Part shown: piece by piece, positions 50,820 to 62,544 of the stretch | Layout of the letters: every line of letters starts with the position of its first letter | Numbering within the stretch: position 1 is the stretch's first letter | Assembly: GCA_963748215.1 (NCBI GenBank) | Contig: CAVVHS010000007.1 | Location: 192,001-256,000 of the forward strand | Direction: 5' to 3' | Origin: an uncultured Gammaproteobacteria bacterium | GTDB lineage: Bacteria > Pseudomonadota > Gammaproteobacteria > UBA9214 | Length of the DNA stretch: 64,000 bases | Position numbers and translations under genes: made by a program | The notes under the pieces: model-generated | The model's input: the letters and a program-made list of their open reading frames with translations, nothing else | What the model was told of the DNA's origin: nothing | The model's database searches: none

Positions 50820-51578
50820 ATGCAAGATACGTTGATTGTACAATCGCACCGCTCGCCATTGCCCTGGCCCTGGATCGAACGTTGCCTCGAGTCCGTGCGT
50901 GACTGGTGTGCGAAGCGCCGGTATGACTATCGGTTTATGGGTGATGAGCTGTTTGATTGTGTGCCCGATAGTCTATTAGAAAAAACAAGCAAGCAAAGAG
51001 TGGTTGCCACCGACCTGGCGCGATTGTTGATACTTCAGAAAGCCTTGAACGAAAATTACAAAACCGTTATCTGGCTGGACGCCGATTTCCTGATTTTCGA
51101 TGCGGCGGCATTTGTGATTCCCGACCTGGACCATGCGGTCGGCCGCGAGGTCTGGGTGCAGCATGACAGACACGGCAAACTGAAGGTCTTCAGAAAGGTG
51201 CATAATGCCTTCCTGATGTTTGGCGCGGACAACAGTTTCCTGGACTTTTATACCGACACCGCAAAACGTCTGCTGTCCCTGAATCACGGGACAATGCCAG
51301 CGCAGTATATCGGACCGAAATTATTGACTGCCTTGCATAATGTCGCGATATTGCCGGTGCTGGAAAACGCAGGGATGCTGAGTCCGCTGGTCTGCAAGGA
51401 CATTATCCGTGGCGGTGGGGCGGCGCTGGATCTGTTCATCGAGCATTCACCACAATCCGTAGCGGCTGCAAATCTCTGCGTCTCCAGCTGTGAAAGAAAT
51501 GAAGTCACCGCTAGCGAAATGGAACAGGTTATCGATGCGCTGTTGAATAACACAGTGCAATTCCAGAGAACTCGATAG
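50820..51578 (+). CDS. Putative nucleotide-diphospho-sugar transferase (GT-A-like)
   Basis: W...R.YDY.F, DLARL, VIWLDAD (DxD), NAF, IGPKLLT. Confidence 0.6.
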   Translation: MQDTLIVQSHRSPLPWPWIERCLESVRDWCAKRRYDYRFMGDELFDCVPDSLLEKTSKQRVVATDLARLLILQKALNENYKTVIWLDADFLIFDAAAFVIPDLDHAVGREVWVQHDRHGKLKVFRKVHNAFLMFGADNSFLDFYTDTAKRLLSLNHGTMPAQYIGPKLLTALHNVAILPVLENAGMLSPLVCKDIIRGGGAALDLFIEHSPQSVAAANLCVSSCERNEVTASEMEQVIDALLNNTVQFQRTR

Positions 51579-52084
51579 GGATCCGTAAACCCCTCGCCTT
51601 CGGGCGATGGACGACTCTGTGCAGGATGAAGTGAGGCTTGAATCACGAACTGTGAATATCGGCTGTGATGCTGAATGGCCACGGAAGCACACGGAATGAC
51701 ACGGAAATAAACACTGCATCCCGCCTTCTTGCGGAGGGTGTCGTAAAAGCTGTTCGTATGATCGTAGGGTGCGCTGTGCGCACCGTTGCCGGTGCGTGAA
51801 ACGCACCCTACATTCTATTCTTTAGATTTTTGTCCGCGGTTGCCGAGGTTCCTGCCCGCTAATTGATGCTCCTGCAGGAGCGGATCCCATCCGCGATCAT
51901 TTCAAACATCGCATCGCGCATGCCTCGGCAACTGCTCCTGCGTTGCTCTCGGCTCTGGCATCCTGCTTCGCTCTACCGAGTCCATCCATGGACTCGTACC
52001 TCCTGCATCCCTGCAGTCGTGTGCTCCTGCAGCCAATCGATGCACCGGCCGGGGTAGCAGAAAATTGTGCGCTGACCCGAATTT

Positions 52085-52657
52085 TCAAGCCACCAGCGGT
52101 ACCCCAATCAACCAGCCATGTCCCCAGAATACAAAGACGACATACAGTGCCAGGCCAAGCACAATTGCCAGTACATCGTTAATGCGGGACGCCGGCAGTG
52201 CCGGAACGACTTGTACAGGACGTTTTTTCAGGGAGATTCGATCCACCACTGCCCAGGTCAGAAATGATCCGAACAGGAGCACATCGGCGAGATTGCCGTT
52301 GGCCAGTAAATGGGCCAGGGCCCACAACTTGGTGGCGATGAGCATGGGGTGTTTGGTAACCGTCTGGATGCGCCCGGGTAAATAGGTTGCCAGCAACAGC
52401 GGAAACATGAATATCAGCAGCAACATGGCGCCATGTCGTAACCAGGCAGGGGGCAGATAAAGGACGACCGGGTCTTGCCGCGCCAGTCCATAACCCCAGA
52501 TAATAAGCAGCAGTCCGGCCAGGGCCGCCATGGAGTAAAGTCCCTGCCAGGAGAGAGTGCCGATGCGCGCGGCAATGCGATTTCGCCACGACACATTCAC
52601 AATAGAGATTGAATGGGTGGCGAAGAACAATAACAGTCCGATGATGAGCAGGCTCAT
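52085..52657 (-). CDS. nnrU: NnrU family membrane protein
   Basis: GLLLFFATHS, YS, I..GY, HPML..TKLWALAHLLANG, LFGSFL.WA. Confidence 0.88.
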   Translation of the reverse strand: MSLLIIGLLLFFATHSISIVNVSWRNRIAARIGTLSWQGLYSMAALAGLLLIIWGYGLARQDPVVLYLPPAWLRHGAMLLLIFMFPLLLATYLPGRIQTVTKHPMLIATKLWALAHLLANGNLADVLLFGSFLTWAVVDRISLKKRPVQVVPALPASRINDVLAIVLGLALYVVFVFWGHGWLIGVPLVA

Positions 52658-52919
52658 AGCGTTCCTCAAATCAGTGCTTAACTAACGGGGTCGGTGACAG
52701 CTGGGAAACATTAACACAGGTATCCTCTTGAATTCAGAGTCTAACAAACAATTCAATTCATATAGTCAGGTTAGCGGGCAAACTCCTCCAGGACAACAAA
52801 CAGTTATTTTCGACGGGTATTCTTCAGAAGAGGAGCCGATCCTGCGAGGGCATCAGCCGCTAAAACGCGCTGTTATCAATATCAGTGGCATGTACACTAC
52901 GGCACCGAAGCTAAATCAC

Positions 52920-54279
52920 ATGGAAATCCCTTTGCCCCGTAACCCTGGATTGATAGTCCTGCTCGTGCTTTTCCTGCAGCTGCTGTCTGGCTGTGCATCG
53001 TACGGCACAATCAGTAATCAACCCCTTGCCGATGTCGGGCCGATTGTAAGGTACTCGATCAATCATGCGGTGTATTCCCGTCGCTCAAACGAAGTCACCA
53101 TGGTATTGGCATTCTCGGGGGGCGGCACGCGCGCCGCTGCATTGGCTTACGGCGTTCTGGAAGCCCTGCGCGATACGCACGTCAACCTGGATGGCCAGTC
53201 ACGCCGACTGCTGGACGAGATCGATGCCATCAGCTCGGTTTCCGGGGGCAGTTTCACGGCAGCCTATTTTGGCCTGTATGGTGATGCAATTTTCACTGAT
53301 TACGAAAAAGACTTCCTGCGCAGTGATGTGTCCGGCGAGCTGGTGTCCGGTTTGCTTGACCCGGGGTTGTGGTTCTCGGAAGGCGGTCGTACTGAAATGG
53401 CGGTCGACTATTACGAGAAAAAGGTGTTCAAGGGGGCAACATTCGCTGACCTGCAGCGTCGGGAAGGACCCTTGATCGTGATCAATGCCACCGACCTTGG
53501 CCGGGGGGTGCGGTTTTCCTTTTTACAGGACTATTTCGATCTGCTGTGCTCGGACCTGTCTACTTTCCAGGTTGCCCGTGCCGTCGCCGCTTCATCCGCC
53601 GTGCCGTTGTTGTTCCACCCGGTGGTGCTGCAAAATCATCCGGGCTGTACGACTTACAGACAATCCTCCCCGGAAGAGCCGGGACGTCTGAAGAGCTCGC
53701 TCGCCACAGCTGGCACACGTGGTGGAAGGACTGAACAGTTATGCGCAGAAAGACCGGCGTCGCTATATCCATCTGGTCGATGGCGGCATTACCGATAACC
53801 TGGGTTTGCTGGCTATCTACGAAATGGTCGAGGTTGCCGGTGGTGCAAAAAACTTTCTTGATTCCATAGGGGGTGTACCCGCGCCACGTTTTATCATGAT
53901 ATCGGTGAACGCCTCGACATCACCACAATATGATATAGAGCTGACCAACGAGAACCCGTCAGTGGAAAACACGATCAACCTGGTGACCGACATTCAGCTG
54001 CATCGTACCAACGTTGCGACGCTGGAGCTGCTGAGCAACAGCATCAGGCGCTGGTCGAGTGATCTGTCCACTCCCGAAAGAACCGTGGAACCGTATTTTG
54101 TCGAGATTGATTTCAACCGGATCCCGCAGCCGGAGCGCAGGCAATATTTCAACCAGGTACCAACCAGCTTTTCTTTGAGCGAACAGCAGGTCGATGATCT
54201 GATTGCCGTTGCCCGCGAGCTGCTGCTGGGCAACACGGAATTTCAGCGCTTCATCCAGGATCTGGGGAGGCAGGAATAG
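52920..54279 (+). CDS. Patatin-like phospholipase lipoprotein (frameshift near 53700)
   Basis: Lipobox LSGC; LAFSGGGTRAAA, SSVSGGS, INATD, AVAASSAVP in frame 1; HLVDGG.TDNLG in 53719-54279. Confidence 0.85.
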
Positions 54280-54523
54280 CAGGGCCAGACCCCGGCATGT
54301 CTAGTGGCGGCTGTAACTAACTGATTCCATGATTCTAGATTGCCATGCCTGGCGCGACCACCTGTACCTCCCGGTACAGTGCGCTCGCAATACGGAACCC
54401 GATGTCTGTCCCCGGTTTCGGTCTGTTGACCGTTTTCCATTCCGGATTATTTCTAGGTAGTATGCCTGCCATGTGTAACCATAAATTATATGCAGGCGCG
54501 GGTTGCGCTCCTGGTCCTGGCGC

Positions 54524-54892
54524 ATGAGCGAGCAATCGCCAGAAGGCATTGTCTCGAAATTCCTCGATGCTATCGAGGCGCGTGATTTCGACCTTGCGCG
54601 GCGCTACCTTTCAGATACACAGTTTGCCTACCGCAGTCCGGTCTCGAGGACCGATAGTGCGAATACCTTCATCGCCCTCGTTTCCCGTATCGGCCCTATT
54701 CTCGAGCGGATCGAACGACGCAGAACATTTGTCGACGGCGGTGACGTCTGCAGTATCCTGCAGTACAGGACAACCATGGAGGCCATCAGGGACGTGCCCG
54801 TCGTCCAGCTCGCGACGGTGGCTGCTGGAAAAATCGTTGCCCTGGAAGTCTTTTTCGATGCAAGCGAATACAACAGGATGCTTGATGGATAA
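54524..54892 (+). CDS. SnoaL-like/NTF2 family protein
   Basis: IV..FLDAI...DF, F.DG.DV, GKI..LEVFFD pattern. Confidence 0.8.
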   Translation: MSEQSPEGIVSKFLDAIEARDFDLARRYLSDTQFAYRSPVSRTDSANTFIALVSRIGPILERIERRRTFVDGGDVCSILQYRTTMEAIRDVPVVQLATVAAGKIVALEVFFDASEYNRMLDG

Positions 54893-54957
54893 CAATACCC
54901 AGAGGGGTCGGTCTGGCCCCGTCTGGTTCGATTAATCGCGGGACTGAGGAGAATGCC

Positions 54958-55563
54958 ATGCAAGTCAAAGAAGCCGTACGCGCACGGCGCGCAATCAAGT
55001 GGTATGAGGCCGGGCACCGCATGCCGGAGCAGACCTTCCAGACGCTGATGGAGCACGCCATTCTCGCGCCAACGGCGTTCAACATTCAGAACTGGCGCTT
55101 TGTGCGTGTTACTGATCCGGAACAGCGCAAGGCGATTCGTGCAGTGGCCTGGGATCAGGCACAGGTCACGGATGCGTCCGAGTTGCTGGTGCTGTGCTTC
55201 GACAACAAGTCATGGGAGCGTGAGCCGCAGCGTTACTGGTCCAACGCGCCGCAGGAAGTGCAGGACTTTCTCGTACCGGCGATCGACGTCTATTACCGGG
55301 ATAAACCGCAGGTCGAACGTGACGAGGGCATGCGCTCCTGCGGGCTGGTCGGGATGACAATTATGTTGATGGCCCAGGAGCTGGGTTATCAGAGCTGTCC
55401 GATGGATGGCTTCGATTTCGACGCCGTCGCCGGCATCATCAACCTGCCCAAAGAACATACGATTGCCTTCATGCTCGCGATTGGCAAGGGCACCAAGGAA
55501 TCGTGGCCGAAGCCCGGGCAGCTGCCGCTGGACGAGGTGATGGTAAACAATCGTTTTGGTTAA
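54958..55563 (+). CDS. Nitroreductase family protein
   Basis: RRAIK, APTAFNIQNWRFV, Q.QV.DAS, LMA..LGY.SCPMDGFD, IGK. Confidence 0.92.
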   Translation: MQVKEAVRARRAIKWYEAGHRMPEQTFQTLMEHAILAPTAFNIQNWRFVRVTDPEQRKAIRAVAWDQAQVTDASELLVLCFDNKSWEREPQRYWSNAPQEVQDFLVPAIDVYYRDKPQVERDEGMRSCGLVGMTIMLMAQELGYQSCPMDGFDFDAVAGIINLPKEHTIAFMLAIGKGTKESWPKPGQLPLDEVMVNNRFG

Positions 55564-55660
55564 AGGGTAGGGGTTGCTCATGAAAAACGGATCTTCCCCA
55601 GATTGAGCAGGTCACACATCAATTCAGGCGAGACGCATCGCTTCTGATGGCAAGGTTGTT

Positions 55661-55890
55661 GGCCGAATGAATTCGGCCCTGCGGTGGGGTCGAATTCATT
55701 CGACCATTTGCGAACCAGCAGGCGTGCTGCGGTGATATCCGTGAACAATCCATGACGACCGCGGGTAACCGTGGTGATGCAATAGACTTGATGGTGCAGG
55801 GTATGACGCTCACCTGCGCAAAGCGTCACAGGAAATGGCGACCTCCATGTCTCCAATGGCAACAGGCGGTTGGCCGAATGAATTCGGCCC
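55661..55890 (-). pseudogene. 5' remnant of RAYT flanked by GGCCGAATGAATTCGGCC REPs, copy 2
   Basis: Encodes HQVYCITTVTRGRHGLFTDITAARLLVR; reverse-complement homolog of 38897-39045. Confidence 0.7.
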
Positions 55891-55948
55891 GACAACGGCA
55901 ATCCACCCACTCGATTTGGGGAAGAGCCATGAAAACAGGGGCCAGTGC

Positions 55949-56263
55949 CACTGCTGTCCCACAGAATCATCAGGAAAGTTTATTGAATGCGGCTATTCCA
56001 GTGATTAGGAAAACTCTGATCTATTCACTTTTCGTCATCCCGGCGAATGTCAGGATCCAGGTCATTCAACCCCATGGATTCCGGCTTCCGCCGGAATGAC
56101 GAATAAATCAGACGTTCCTTGGATTGTATTGAGCGGTACCTGGACATGAAAATCCAGAACAACAATGATGTCCTGCCCGCGAAGGCGGTATCCACTAACT
56201 CACTGATTGGCCGGGCGCAAAAACCCTGGATTCCCGTCTTCGCGGTTATGACGGCTATGTGGG
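55949..56263. mobile_element. TIR-bounded element with GTCAT(T/C)CC-type REP doublets (homolog of 21693-21902)
   Basis: Shares tattgaatgcggctattccagtgat and ccagaacaacaatgatgtc...gacggctatgtggg with the 21.7-kb copy and carries an extra REP doublet. Confidence 0.65.
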
Positions 56264-56562
56264 CCGGTACCATTTTTGATACTCACGTACCAGATAATCA
56301 TGGCTGGCAGGAGAACAGGGGTGCTGACCCCATATCCCCGGATTTAACCGGGTGAGACTTGATGCTGTTGCATACGCCCCCTTCCCTGGTATGCCCCGGC
56401 AGGGTTTTGGGCGGTAGCGCACAGTAAAAGTCGCCGATCCAGATGAAATTAGGTATCAGGAATTATCGGGATCTGCCCCCGTTTTTTGTGGTGCCTGATA
56501 ATTGCCGGGATATGGGCAAGTCTGGACAACGTGGCTCAAATTGGCGGTAAGGAGAGGGTGAT

Positions 56563-57549
56563 ATGACGGTTACTGACAATCAGGGTGATGTGAAGCAGGT
56601 GATGGCAGGGCTATTCGGCCTCTTGAAAGCAAATTCCTGTACTTTGAACCGTTTCATGGCCAGCGCACTGGCCGCCACCCTGTACGTCTCGTCCTTGCCG
56701 GCCTTCGCCGCCGTCACTCTCACCCAGTGGGGTGCCACCGCCCGCACCGACAGCGCCGACTGCACCGGGTCGTTCTTTGGCGGCTGCAATATCTTCGAAC
56801 TGTCACTGGAGGAAGGTGAAACGGTCGGTGGCAGCCAGACTTCATCGGCCACCATCGGTTCCGCGTCAGCGGGCAGCACCACCGGCCTGCAGGGCCGGGG
56901 CAGCGCCGGCGCCAGCGTCCAGATCCCCGCCAGCGGGCTCAGTGTACCGGTACTGCGGGCCCGGGCCGAATCCAGCATGGATAATTTCTTTGTCAGTGGC
57001 GCTGCGCTGGCTATACAGGCTTACCAGTTTACCGGTGCCGACAATACCGACATCAGCCTGGATGTAAGCCTGGATGGTTTCGTCAACAAGCCCCTCAGCT
57101 CATCGGACCTTACGGGGCTGGAGGTGAACGTCTGGATCATGAGTGCCAGCGCCCCGTTTATCTTTCCGGCCAATCCGGTACCGGTAGCGGAGCTGGTGGC
57201 CCAGATCTTCCTGGACAGCTTTCCTGTCGACCCCTTCATCGCCTCCATGGCCTGGGATGCGGCCGACAATGGAACCGGCGCCATTAACCGCAGCACCACC
57301 AGCACCGATGTGGCTGACCGGCTAAAATTCACCCTCGACAACGGTGATGAGTTCTACCTGATGGCGGCGCTGAGTGCAGGCGCTGACGGGAATGGTGCTT
57401 CCGCCATTTCCTGGAGCACCCTGACCATGGATTTCAACACCCAGGAACTGCTGACCGCTTCGGCGGTGCCGCTGCCTGCGGCGGTATGGCTGTTCGGTAC
57501 AGGCCTGCTGGGTCTGGTCGGGATAGCAAGGCGCAAGAAAGCGGCGTAG
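56563..57549 (+). CDS. VPLPA-CTERM (PEP-CTERM variant) surface protein
   Basis: C-terminal AVPLPAAVWLFGTGLLGLVGIARRKKAA; Ser/Thr/Gly-rich body; signal peptide ending AFA (true start may be downstream). Confidence 0.9.
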   Translation: MTVTDNQGDVKQVMAGLFGLLKANSCTLNRFMASALAATLYVSSLPAFAAVTLTQWGATARTDSADCTGSFFGGCNIFELSLEEGETVGGSQTSSATIGSASAGSTTGLQGRGSAGASVQIPASGLSVPVLRARAESSMDNFFVSGAALAIQAYQFTGADNTDISLDVSLDGFVNKPLSSSDLTGLEVNVWIMSASAPFIFPANPVPVAELVAQIFLDSFPVDPFIASMAWDAADNGTGAINRSTTSTDVADRLKFTLDNGDEFYLMAALSAGADGNGASAISWSTLTMDFNTQELLTASAVPLPAAVWLFGTGLLGLVGIARRKKAA

Positions 57550-57569
57550 CCGTTAATCCAGTATCAGTG

Positions 57570-57595
57570 AAAACGGCGGCTTAGGTCGCCGTTTT
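57570..57595 (+). terminator. Probable intrinsic terminator
   Basis: AAAACGGCGGC-TTAG-GTCGCCGTTTT hairpin ~20 bp after the stop codon. Confidence 0.7.
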
Positions 57596-57898
57596 GCATT
57601 GTGCTAACGGTGCGAATGTAGCCGGAACAGGAATTACACGTTCATTCGTACAGAAAAGGGGACAGATTTATTTTCGTAGAGAAAAACAGGGTCTTCCCCT
57701 GAATGAGTGGGTAACACGTCAATTCAGACGAGACGCATTGCTGCTGATGGTAAGGTTGTTGGCCGAATGAATTCGGCCCTGCAACGGTAATCTATCCACT
57801 CAGTCAGGGGAAGAACCGAAAAATAAATCTGCTCCTTTGCTTTATTCTCCACGTTTCCGTGAATTATTATGCACTGACCCTCATTGGCGGAGACAGAT

Positions 57899-58417
57899 AT
57901 GCTGAATAAGCTTGCACGCATCGGCAACAGCCGTCTTTACTGGCTGGCACTGGTCCTGATCGGTTTTTCGATGGAAGCGGTCGCGCTGTTTTATCAGTAC
58001 GGGCTGGATGAAATGCCCTGCGTGCTGTGCATCCAGGTGCGCCTCTGGGTGATGGCCCTGATCATTGTTGCGCTGCTGGTGTTGTCGCTGCACCGATTGA
58101 GATTCATGCCTCTCCTGGGGCATCTGCTGACGGTGGTGATTGCAGCGGGGCTGCTGGAGCGGTCCTACCAGCTGCTGGGCACGGAACGCGGGTTTGTGGT
58201 CGGGGAATGCGGCTTTCTCCTCGGCCTGCCGGCCTGGTTCACGCCCGACAAGTGGTTCCCGAAGCTGTTCGAGGTGCAAACCTCCTGTGGTTACACGCCG
58301 GAGTTGCTGTTCGGGGTCACCATGGCGGAGGCCCTGATCGTGATGTCTTGTGTGTTTGTGCTGGTCAGTGTCGCCATGTCGATAGCGGCCATATCGATCG
58401 GCCGTTCGGCCGATTAA
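57899..58417 (+). CDS. dsbB: Disulfide bond formation protein B family (copy 2, intact)
   Basis: MPCVLCIQVR, ECGF.LGLPAWF, SCGYTP; close paralog of 22730-23255. Confidence 0.85.
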   Translation: MLNKLARIGNSRLYWLALVLIGFSMEAVALFYQYGLDEMPCVLCIQVRLWVMALIIVALLVLSLHRLRFMPLLGHLLTVVIAAGLLERSYQLLGTERGFVVGECGFLLGLPAWFTPDKWFPKLFEVQTSCGYTPELLFGVTMAEALIVMSCVFVLVSVAMSIAAISIGRSAD

Positions 58418-58672
58418 CGTCCGCTTCCACAGGGGCGCGCAGGACGAGGGATAAAATACGGGGTGCATTCTACGTACCGCACCCTGCTTACCATGGCGGT
58501 TAAAGATCGCGCTTGGGAAGCGCTCCTACCACCCCTGTTGATGCAGCGGCAGGAGTCAGGCTGTGGACTCGGCAATTACGCCCGGTTCCAGCCACCACGC
58601 CGGCAAGGTGTATTGCACCGCGGGCTGTTTGCTATACTCGCCTCTACACGACAAGCAGGCACGGAATCCGTC

Positions 58673-59098
58673 ATGGACCTGATAAAACTGGAAGAACACC
58701 TTAAGCTTAACATTCCCGAAATTGATGCTCAGCACGAGGAATTGATCGGGCTGATCAACCGGCTTCATGAAACCATGCTGCAGGGGGCGGAGAAGGCGGC
58801 ACTGGATGACCTGCTGTCGCAGCTGATAGAACATACACGGACTCACTTCGCCACTGAAGAGCAGTTGATGTCGCAGTACGGCTATCCGGCATTCGAGGCG
58901 CACAAGTCAGAACACTCCAGGCTCATGCAACACCTGGAGGGCCTTGCAAAGCGTTATGACGATGGAGAGCTGCTCCTGTCGTTCGCCGTCGTGCTTGAGC
59001 TCAAGGCCTGGGCGATGGTTCATATCGAGAAGTCCGACAAGCCGCTGGGTGCCTATATCATCAGCCGGGAGCGGGGCGAGACAGCACCGGGCAAGTGA
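58673..59098 (+). CDS. Bacteriohemerythrin
   Basis: IDAQH, HF.TEE.LM, Y....H..EH, W...HI...D iron-ligand pattern. Confidence 0.92.
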   Translation: MDLIKLEEHLKLNIPEIDAQHEELIGLINRLHETMLQGAEKAALDDLLSQLIEHTRTHFATEEQLMSQYGYPAFEAHKSEHSRLMQHLEGLAKRYDDGELLLSFAVVLELKAWAMVHIEKSDKPLGAYIISRERGETAPGK

Positions 59099-59613
59099 GC
59101 GTCGGTCGGCTCGGGCATCACAACAATAGACGGACAGTGCGTTATTGAGCGTCCGCGACCGGGAGCGTCCTGGACCGGGTCGGACCTCCTGATGATATTG
59201 AAAAACAGGAAAATCATCCGAGATTAGAGCGCTATTAAGGCCTTGGAAGCCCTGTTTCATGTATGAAATGGCGGCTTTAAGGAGCAGCATCATTTCGTGC
59301 GAAACGTTGTTTCAATGTCTGGGCGGGTATGACCTGCCGTCCCGGGGCCCGGGGACGATAGCGTATCGATTTCAGGCGGAGAATGCGTGTGATAAGCGCC
59401 TGGAATGCTGCATTTATAGACCAATCTTCAGTTGAAACAGCATATTACGGAGGTCCGACCCGTTAGGTTTCAGTCGCTGGCGCCATAGTGGTCATGATAC
59501 ACCGGACACCACGGTTTTGGTGGCTACGCGGGAGGGATTGATCGAGTATCCGATATCGGAGCAGCTGGGCGAACAATAACCGGAGCCAGACACCGAATTT
59601 CTAGGAGCCACAG

Positions 59614-60582
59614 ATGAACAAGCTCGAGCAATTGAAGAAAATGACTACCGTGGTGGCTGATACCGGCGATATCGATGCCATCGCTGCCTATACACCTACG
59701 GACGCCACAACCAATCCTTCGCTGTTATTCAAGGCTGCGCAAAAGCCCGAGTATGTGCACTTGTTGCAGGATGCAATTGACTACGCCATGGCGCGCAGTG
59801 GGCAGATGGAAAGCCGTGCGATTGACATGATGGATAAGTTGGCGGTGAACTTCGGGGCCGAGATACTCAACATCATTCCCGGACGCATCTCAACTGAGGT
59901 GGATGCGCGTCTATCCTTCGATGCCGAGGCAACCGTTGCCCGGGCTGAAAGCCTGATGAATTTGTATGAACTAGCCGGGGTTGATGCCTCAAGGGTGCTC
60001 ATCAAGGTGGCCTCTACGTGGGAAGGCATACAGGCCGCTGGCGAACTGGAGCGGCGTGGAATCCACTGCAACCTGACCCTGATGTTCAGCCTGGCGCAGG
60101 CGATTGCCGCAGCCGAGGCTGGCGTTACCCTGGTCTCGCCTTTTGTGGGTCGTATCATGGACTGGTACAGGAAGGCGGAAGGTGTCGATGGTTACGCGGC
60201 TGAATTGGATCCGGGCGTTCAGTCGGTCACCCGCATTTACAACTACTACAAGTACCACGGCTACTCTACAGTCGTAATGGGTGCGAGCTTTCGCAACAGC
60301 GGTGAAATCCTGGAACTTGCGGGATGCGACCTGCTGACTATCTCGCCCGATCTGATGGAAGAGCTGCGTGGTAGCGATGATGACGTGCCGCGTCGCCTCG
60401 ATCCGGAAAAGGCGAGAGGTATGAAGATAGAGGCGATTCCGATGCATGAACCGGCGTTTCGCTGGATGATGAACGAAGACCCTATGGCTACCGAGAAATT
60501 GGCGGAGGGTATCCGTAATTTCGCCAAGGACGCGTTAAAACTCGAGGCGTTCGCGTGTCAGAAATGTGCGGAGCACGGGTGA
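59614..60582 (+). CDS. tal: Transaldolase
   Basis: [63 protein letters not shown]. Confidence 0.96.
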   Translation: MNKLEQLKKMTTVVADTGDIDAIAAYTPTDATTNPSLLFKAAQKPEYVHLLQDAIDYAMARSGQMESRAIDMMDKLAVNFGAEILNIIPGRISTEVDARLSFDAEATVARAESLMNLYELAGVDASRVLIKVASTWEGIQAAGELERRGIHCNLTLMFSLAQAIAAAEAGVTLVSPFVGRIMDWYRKAEGVDGYAAELDPGVQSVTRIYNYYKYHGYSTVVMGASFRNSGEILELAGCDLLTISPDLMEELRGSDDDVPRRLDPEKARGMKIEAIPMHEPAFRWMMNEDPMATEKLAEGIRNFAKDALKLEAFACQKCAEHG

Positions 60583-60622
60583 TAAAGAATCGATTATTTG
60601 TATGACCACTTTTTCAGCTGGT

Positions 60623-62446
60623 TTATGCCTGTCCGGAGGCAGGTTGCTCCAGGGGCTCCGGTGTATCCCGGAACTGCAATGCCGCCAGCCGCGCATAGAG
60701 CCCGTGTGCAGCGACCAGTTCGTCATGGCGACCGCTGGCGACGATACGGCCGTGGTCCATCACCAGGATCTGGTCTACCTTGCGTACCGTCGCAAGCCGA
60801 TGCGCGATAACCAGCGTGGTGCGCGTCTGCATCAGTTGTTCCAGGGCGTCCTGGACCAGGCGTTCGCTTTCGGCGTCCAGGGAGCTGGTGGCCTCGTCGA
60901 GCAGCAGCACGGCCGGATCGCGCAGAATGGCGCGGGCAATGGCGATGCGCTGACGTTGTCCACCGGACAGCCGGACGCCGCGTTCACCGAGGAAGGTATC
61001 GAAGCCCTGCGGTAACTGGTCGAGAAATTCCGCCGCATGTGCGGCTTCGGCGGCGCGCCGTACATCGGCATCGTTGACCACGGGAAATCCGTAGCGGATG
61101 TTCTCCCAGGCATCGGCGCCGAAGATGACCGGGTCCTGCGGCACCAGCGCCATGCGCTGACGCAGCTGTTGCGGATCGGCCTGGCGGATATCGACACCAT
61201 CGAACCGAATCACGCCGGCGTCCGGATCGTAGAAGCGCAACAGCAGTTGCAAGACAGTTGACTTGCCGGCGCCCGACGGGCCGACCAGCGCCACCTTCTG
61301 GCCGGGTTGCAGGGTCAGTGTGAGTTCGCTGAGCGCAGGACTATCGGGCCGTGACGGGTAGCGGAAGGTGACATTGCTTAACTGCACCTCGCCACGTGCC
61401 GGTTCGGGCAGTGCCACGGGTGCGGCCGGCATGTCGATGGCAGGTTCGGTGTTGAGCAGTTCCAGCAGGCGTTCGGTGGCGCCGGCGGCACGCAGCAGGT
61501 CACCGGCCACCTCGCTCAGCGCGCCTACCGACCCGGCGACCAGCAAGGAATAAAATACAAAGGCCGAGAGCTGCCCGCCGCTGATACGCCCGGCCAGTAC
61601 ATCATGGCCACCCACCCACAACACGATACTGACCGCGAAAAACGTGAACAACATCACCGTGGCCGTGAGCAGTGCGCTGACGCGGGTGCGTCGAATCGCG
61701 GCATCGAAAGCGGCCTCCACCTGCTCGCCGTAACGCCGGCGGTCGATGTGCTCGTGACAGAACGCCTGCACGGTGCGGATACCGTAGAGCACTTCATCGA
61801 TCATGGCGCCGATATCGGCAATCCGGTCCTGGCTGTTGCGCGACAGGCTGCGTACCCGGTGCCCGAGCAGCCACAGCGGAATCACCGCAAGGGGTACGCC
61901 AAGCAATACCAGCAACGCCAGCTTGCCGCTGGTGATGGTCAGCATTACCAGTCCGCCGCTGATCAGCAAAGCATTACGCACCGCGATCGCCAGCGTCGAA
62001 CCGACCACCACCTGCAGCAGCGAGGTATCCGTGGTCAGGCGCGAGATGACTTCGCCGGTGCGGGTCACTTCGAAAAACGCCGGTTCCAGCTTGAGCACCC
62101 GGGCGAACACCGCCTTGCGGATATCGGCCACCACCCGTTCGCCGATCCAGGTGACCAGGTAGACGCGGGCCGCCACCGAGGCCGCCATCACCGTGACCAC
62201 CGCCAGGAACAGCGCCAGCGCCTGGTTGAGCGCCGTTCCCGAACCGCTGCTCAGGCCGTGATCGACCACCCGTTGCAGGACCACACCGAAACCGAGCACG
62301 GCGCCGGCCGCGATCAGCAATGCGACTACCGCACCCAGCACCGCGCTGCGGTAGGGTCGCAGAAAGGTGAACAGCTGCTTCAGTACGCGAAGATCGCGGC
62401 TGGGTGGACGCTGTTCGGCCAGTGTGGTTTGTTTGTTTCTTGGCAT
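60623..62446 (-). CDS. MsbA-like ABC transporter, fused permease/ATPase
   Basis: Six TM segments, GERVVADIR, GPSGAGKST, LSGGQRQRIAIARA, LDEATS.LD, IAHRL. Confidence 0.93.
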   Translation of the reverse strand: MPRNKQTTLAEQRPPSRDLRVLKQLFTFLRPYRSAVLGAVVALLIAAGAVLGFGVVLQRVVDHGLSSGSGTALNQALALFLAVVTVMAASVAARVYLVTWIGERVVADIRKAVFARVLKLEPAFFEVTRTGEVISRLTTDTSLLQVVVGSTLAIAVRNALLISGGLVMLTITSGKLALLVLLGVPLAVIPLWLLGHRVRSLSRNSQDRIADIGAMIDEVLYGIRTVQAFCHEHIDRRRYGEQVEAAFDAAIRRTRVSALLTATVMLFTFFAVSIVLWVGGHDVLAGRISGGQLSAFVFYSLLVAGSVGALSEVAGDLLRAAGATERLLELLNTEPAIDMPAAPVALPEPARGEVQLSNVTFRYPSRPDSPALSELTLTLQPGQKVALVGPSGAGKSTVLQLLLRFYDPDAGVIRFDGVDIRQADPQQLRQRMALVPQDPVIFGADAWENIRYGFPVVNDADVRRAAEAAHAAEFLDQLPQGFDTFLGERGVRLSGGQRQRIAIARAILRDPAVLLLDEATSSLDAESERLVQDALEQLMQTRTTLVIAHRLATVRKVDQILVMDHGRIVASGRHDELVAAHGLYARLAALQFRDTPEPLEQPASGQA

Positions 62447-62544
62447 ATCGCCGTATTAACAGGGCCGCATACCGGTGAGTAATCGAGGTCAGATCCAGAT
62501 TCTTCCTGAATATTGGCGGAAACCGGGATCTGGCATCGATTGAA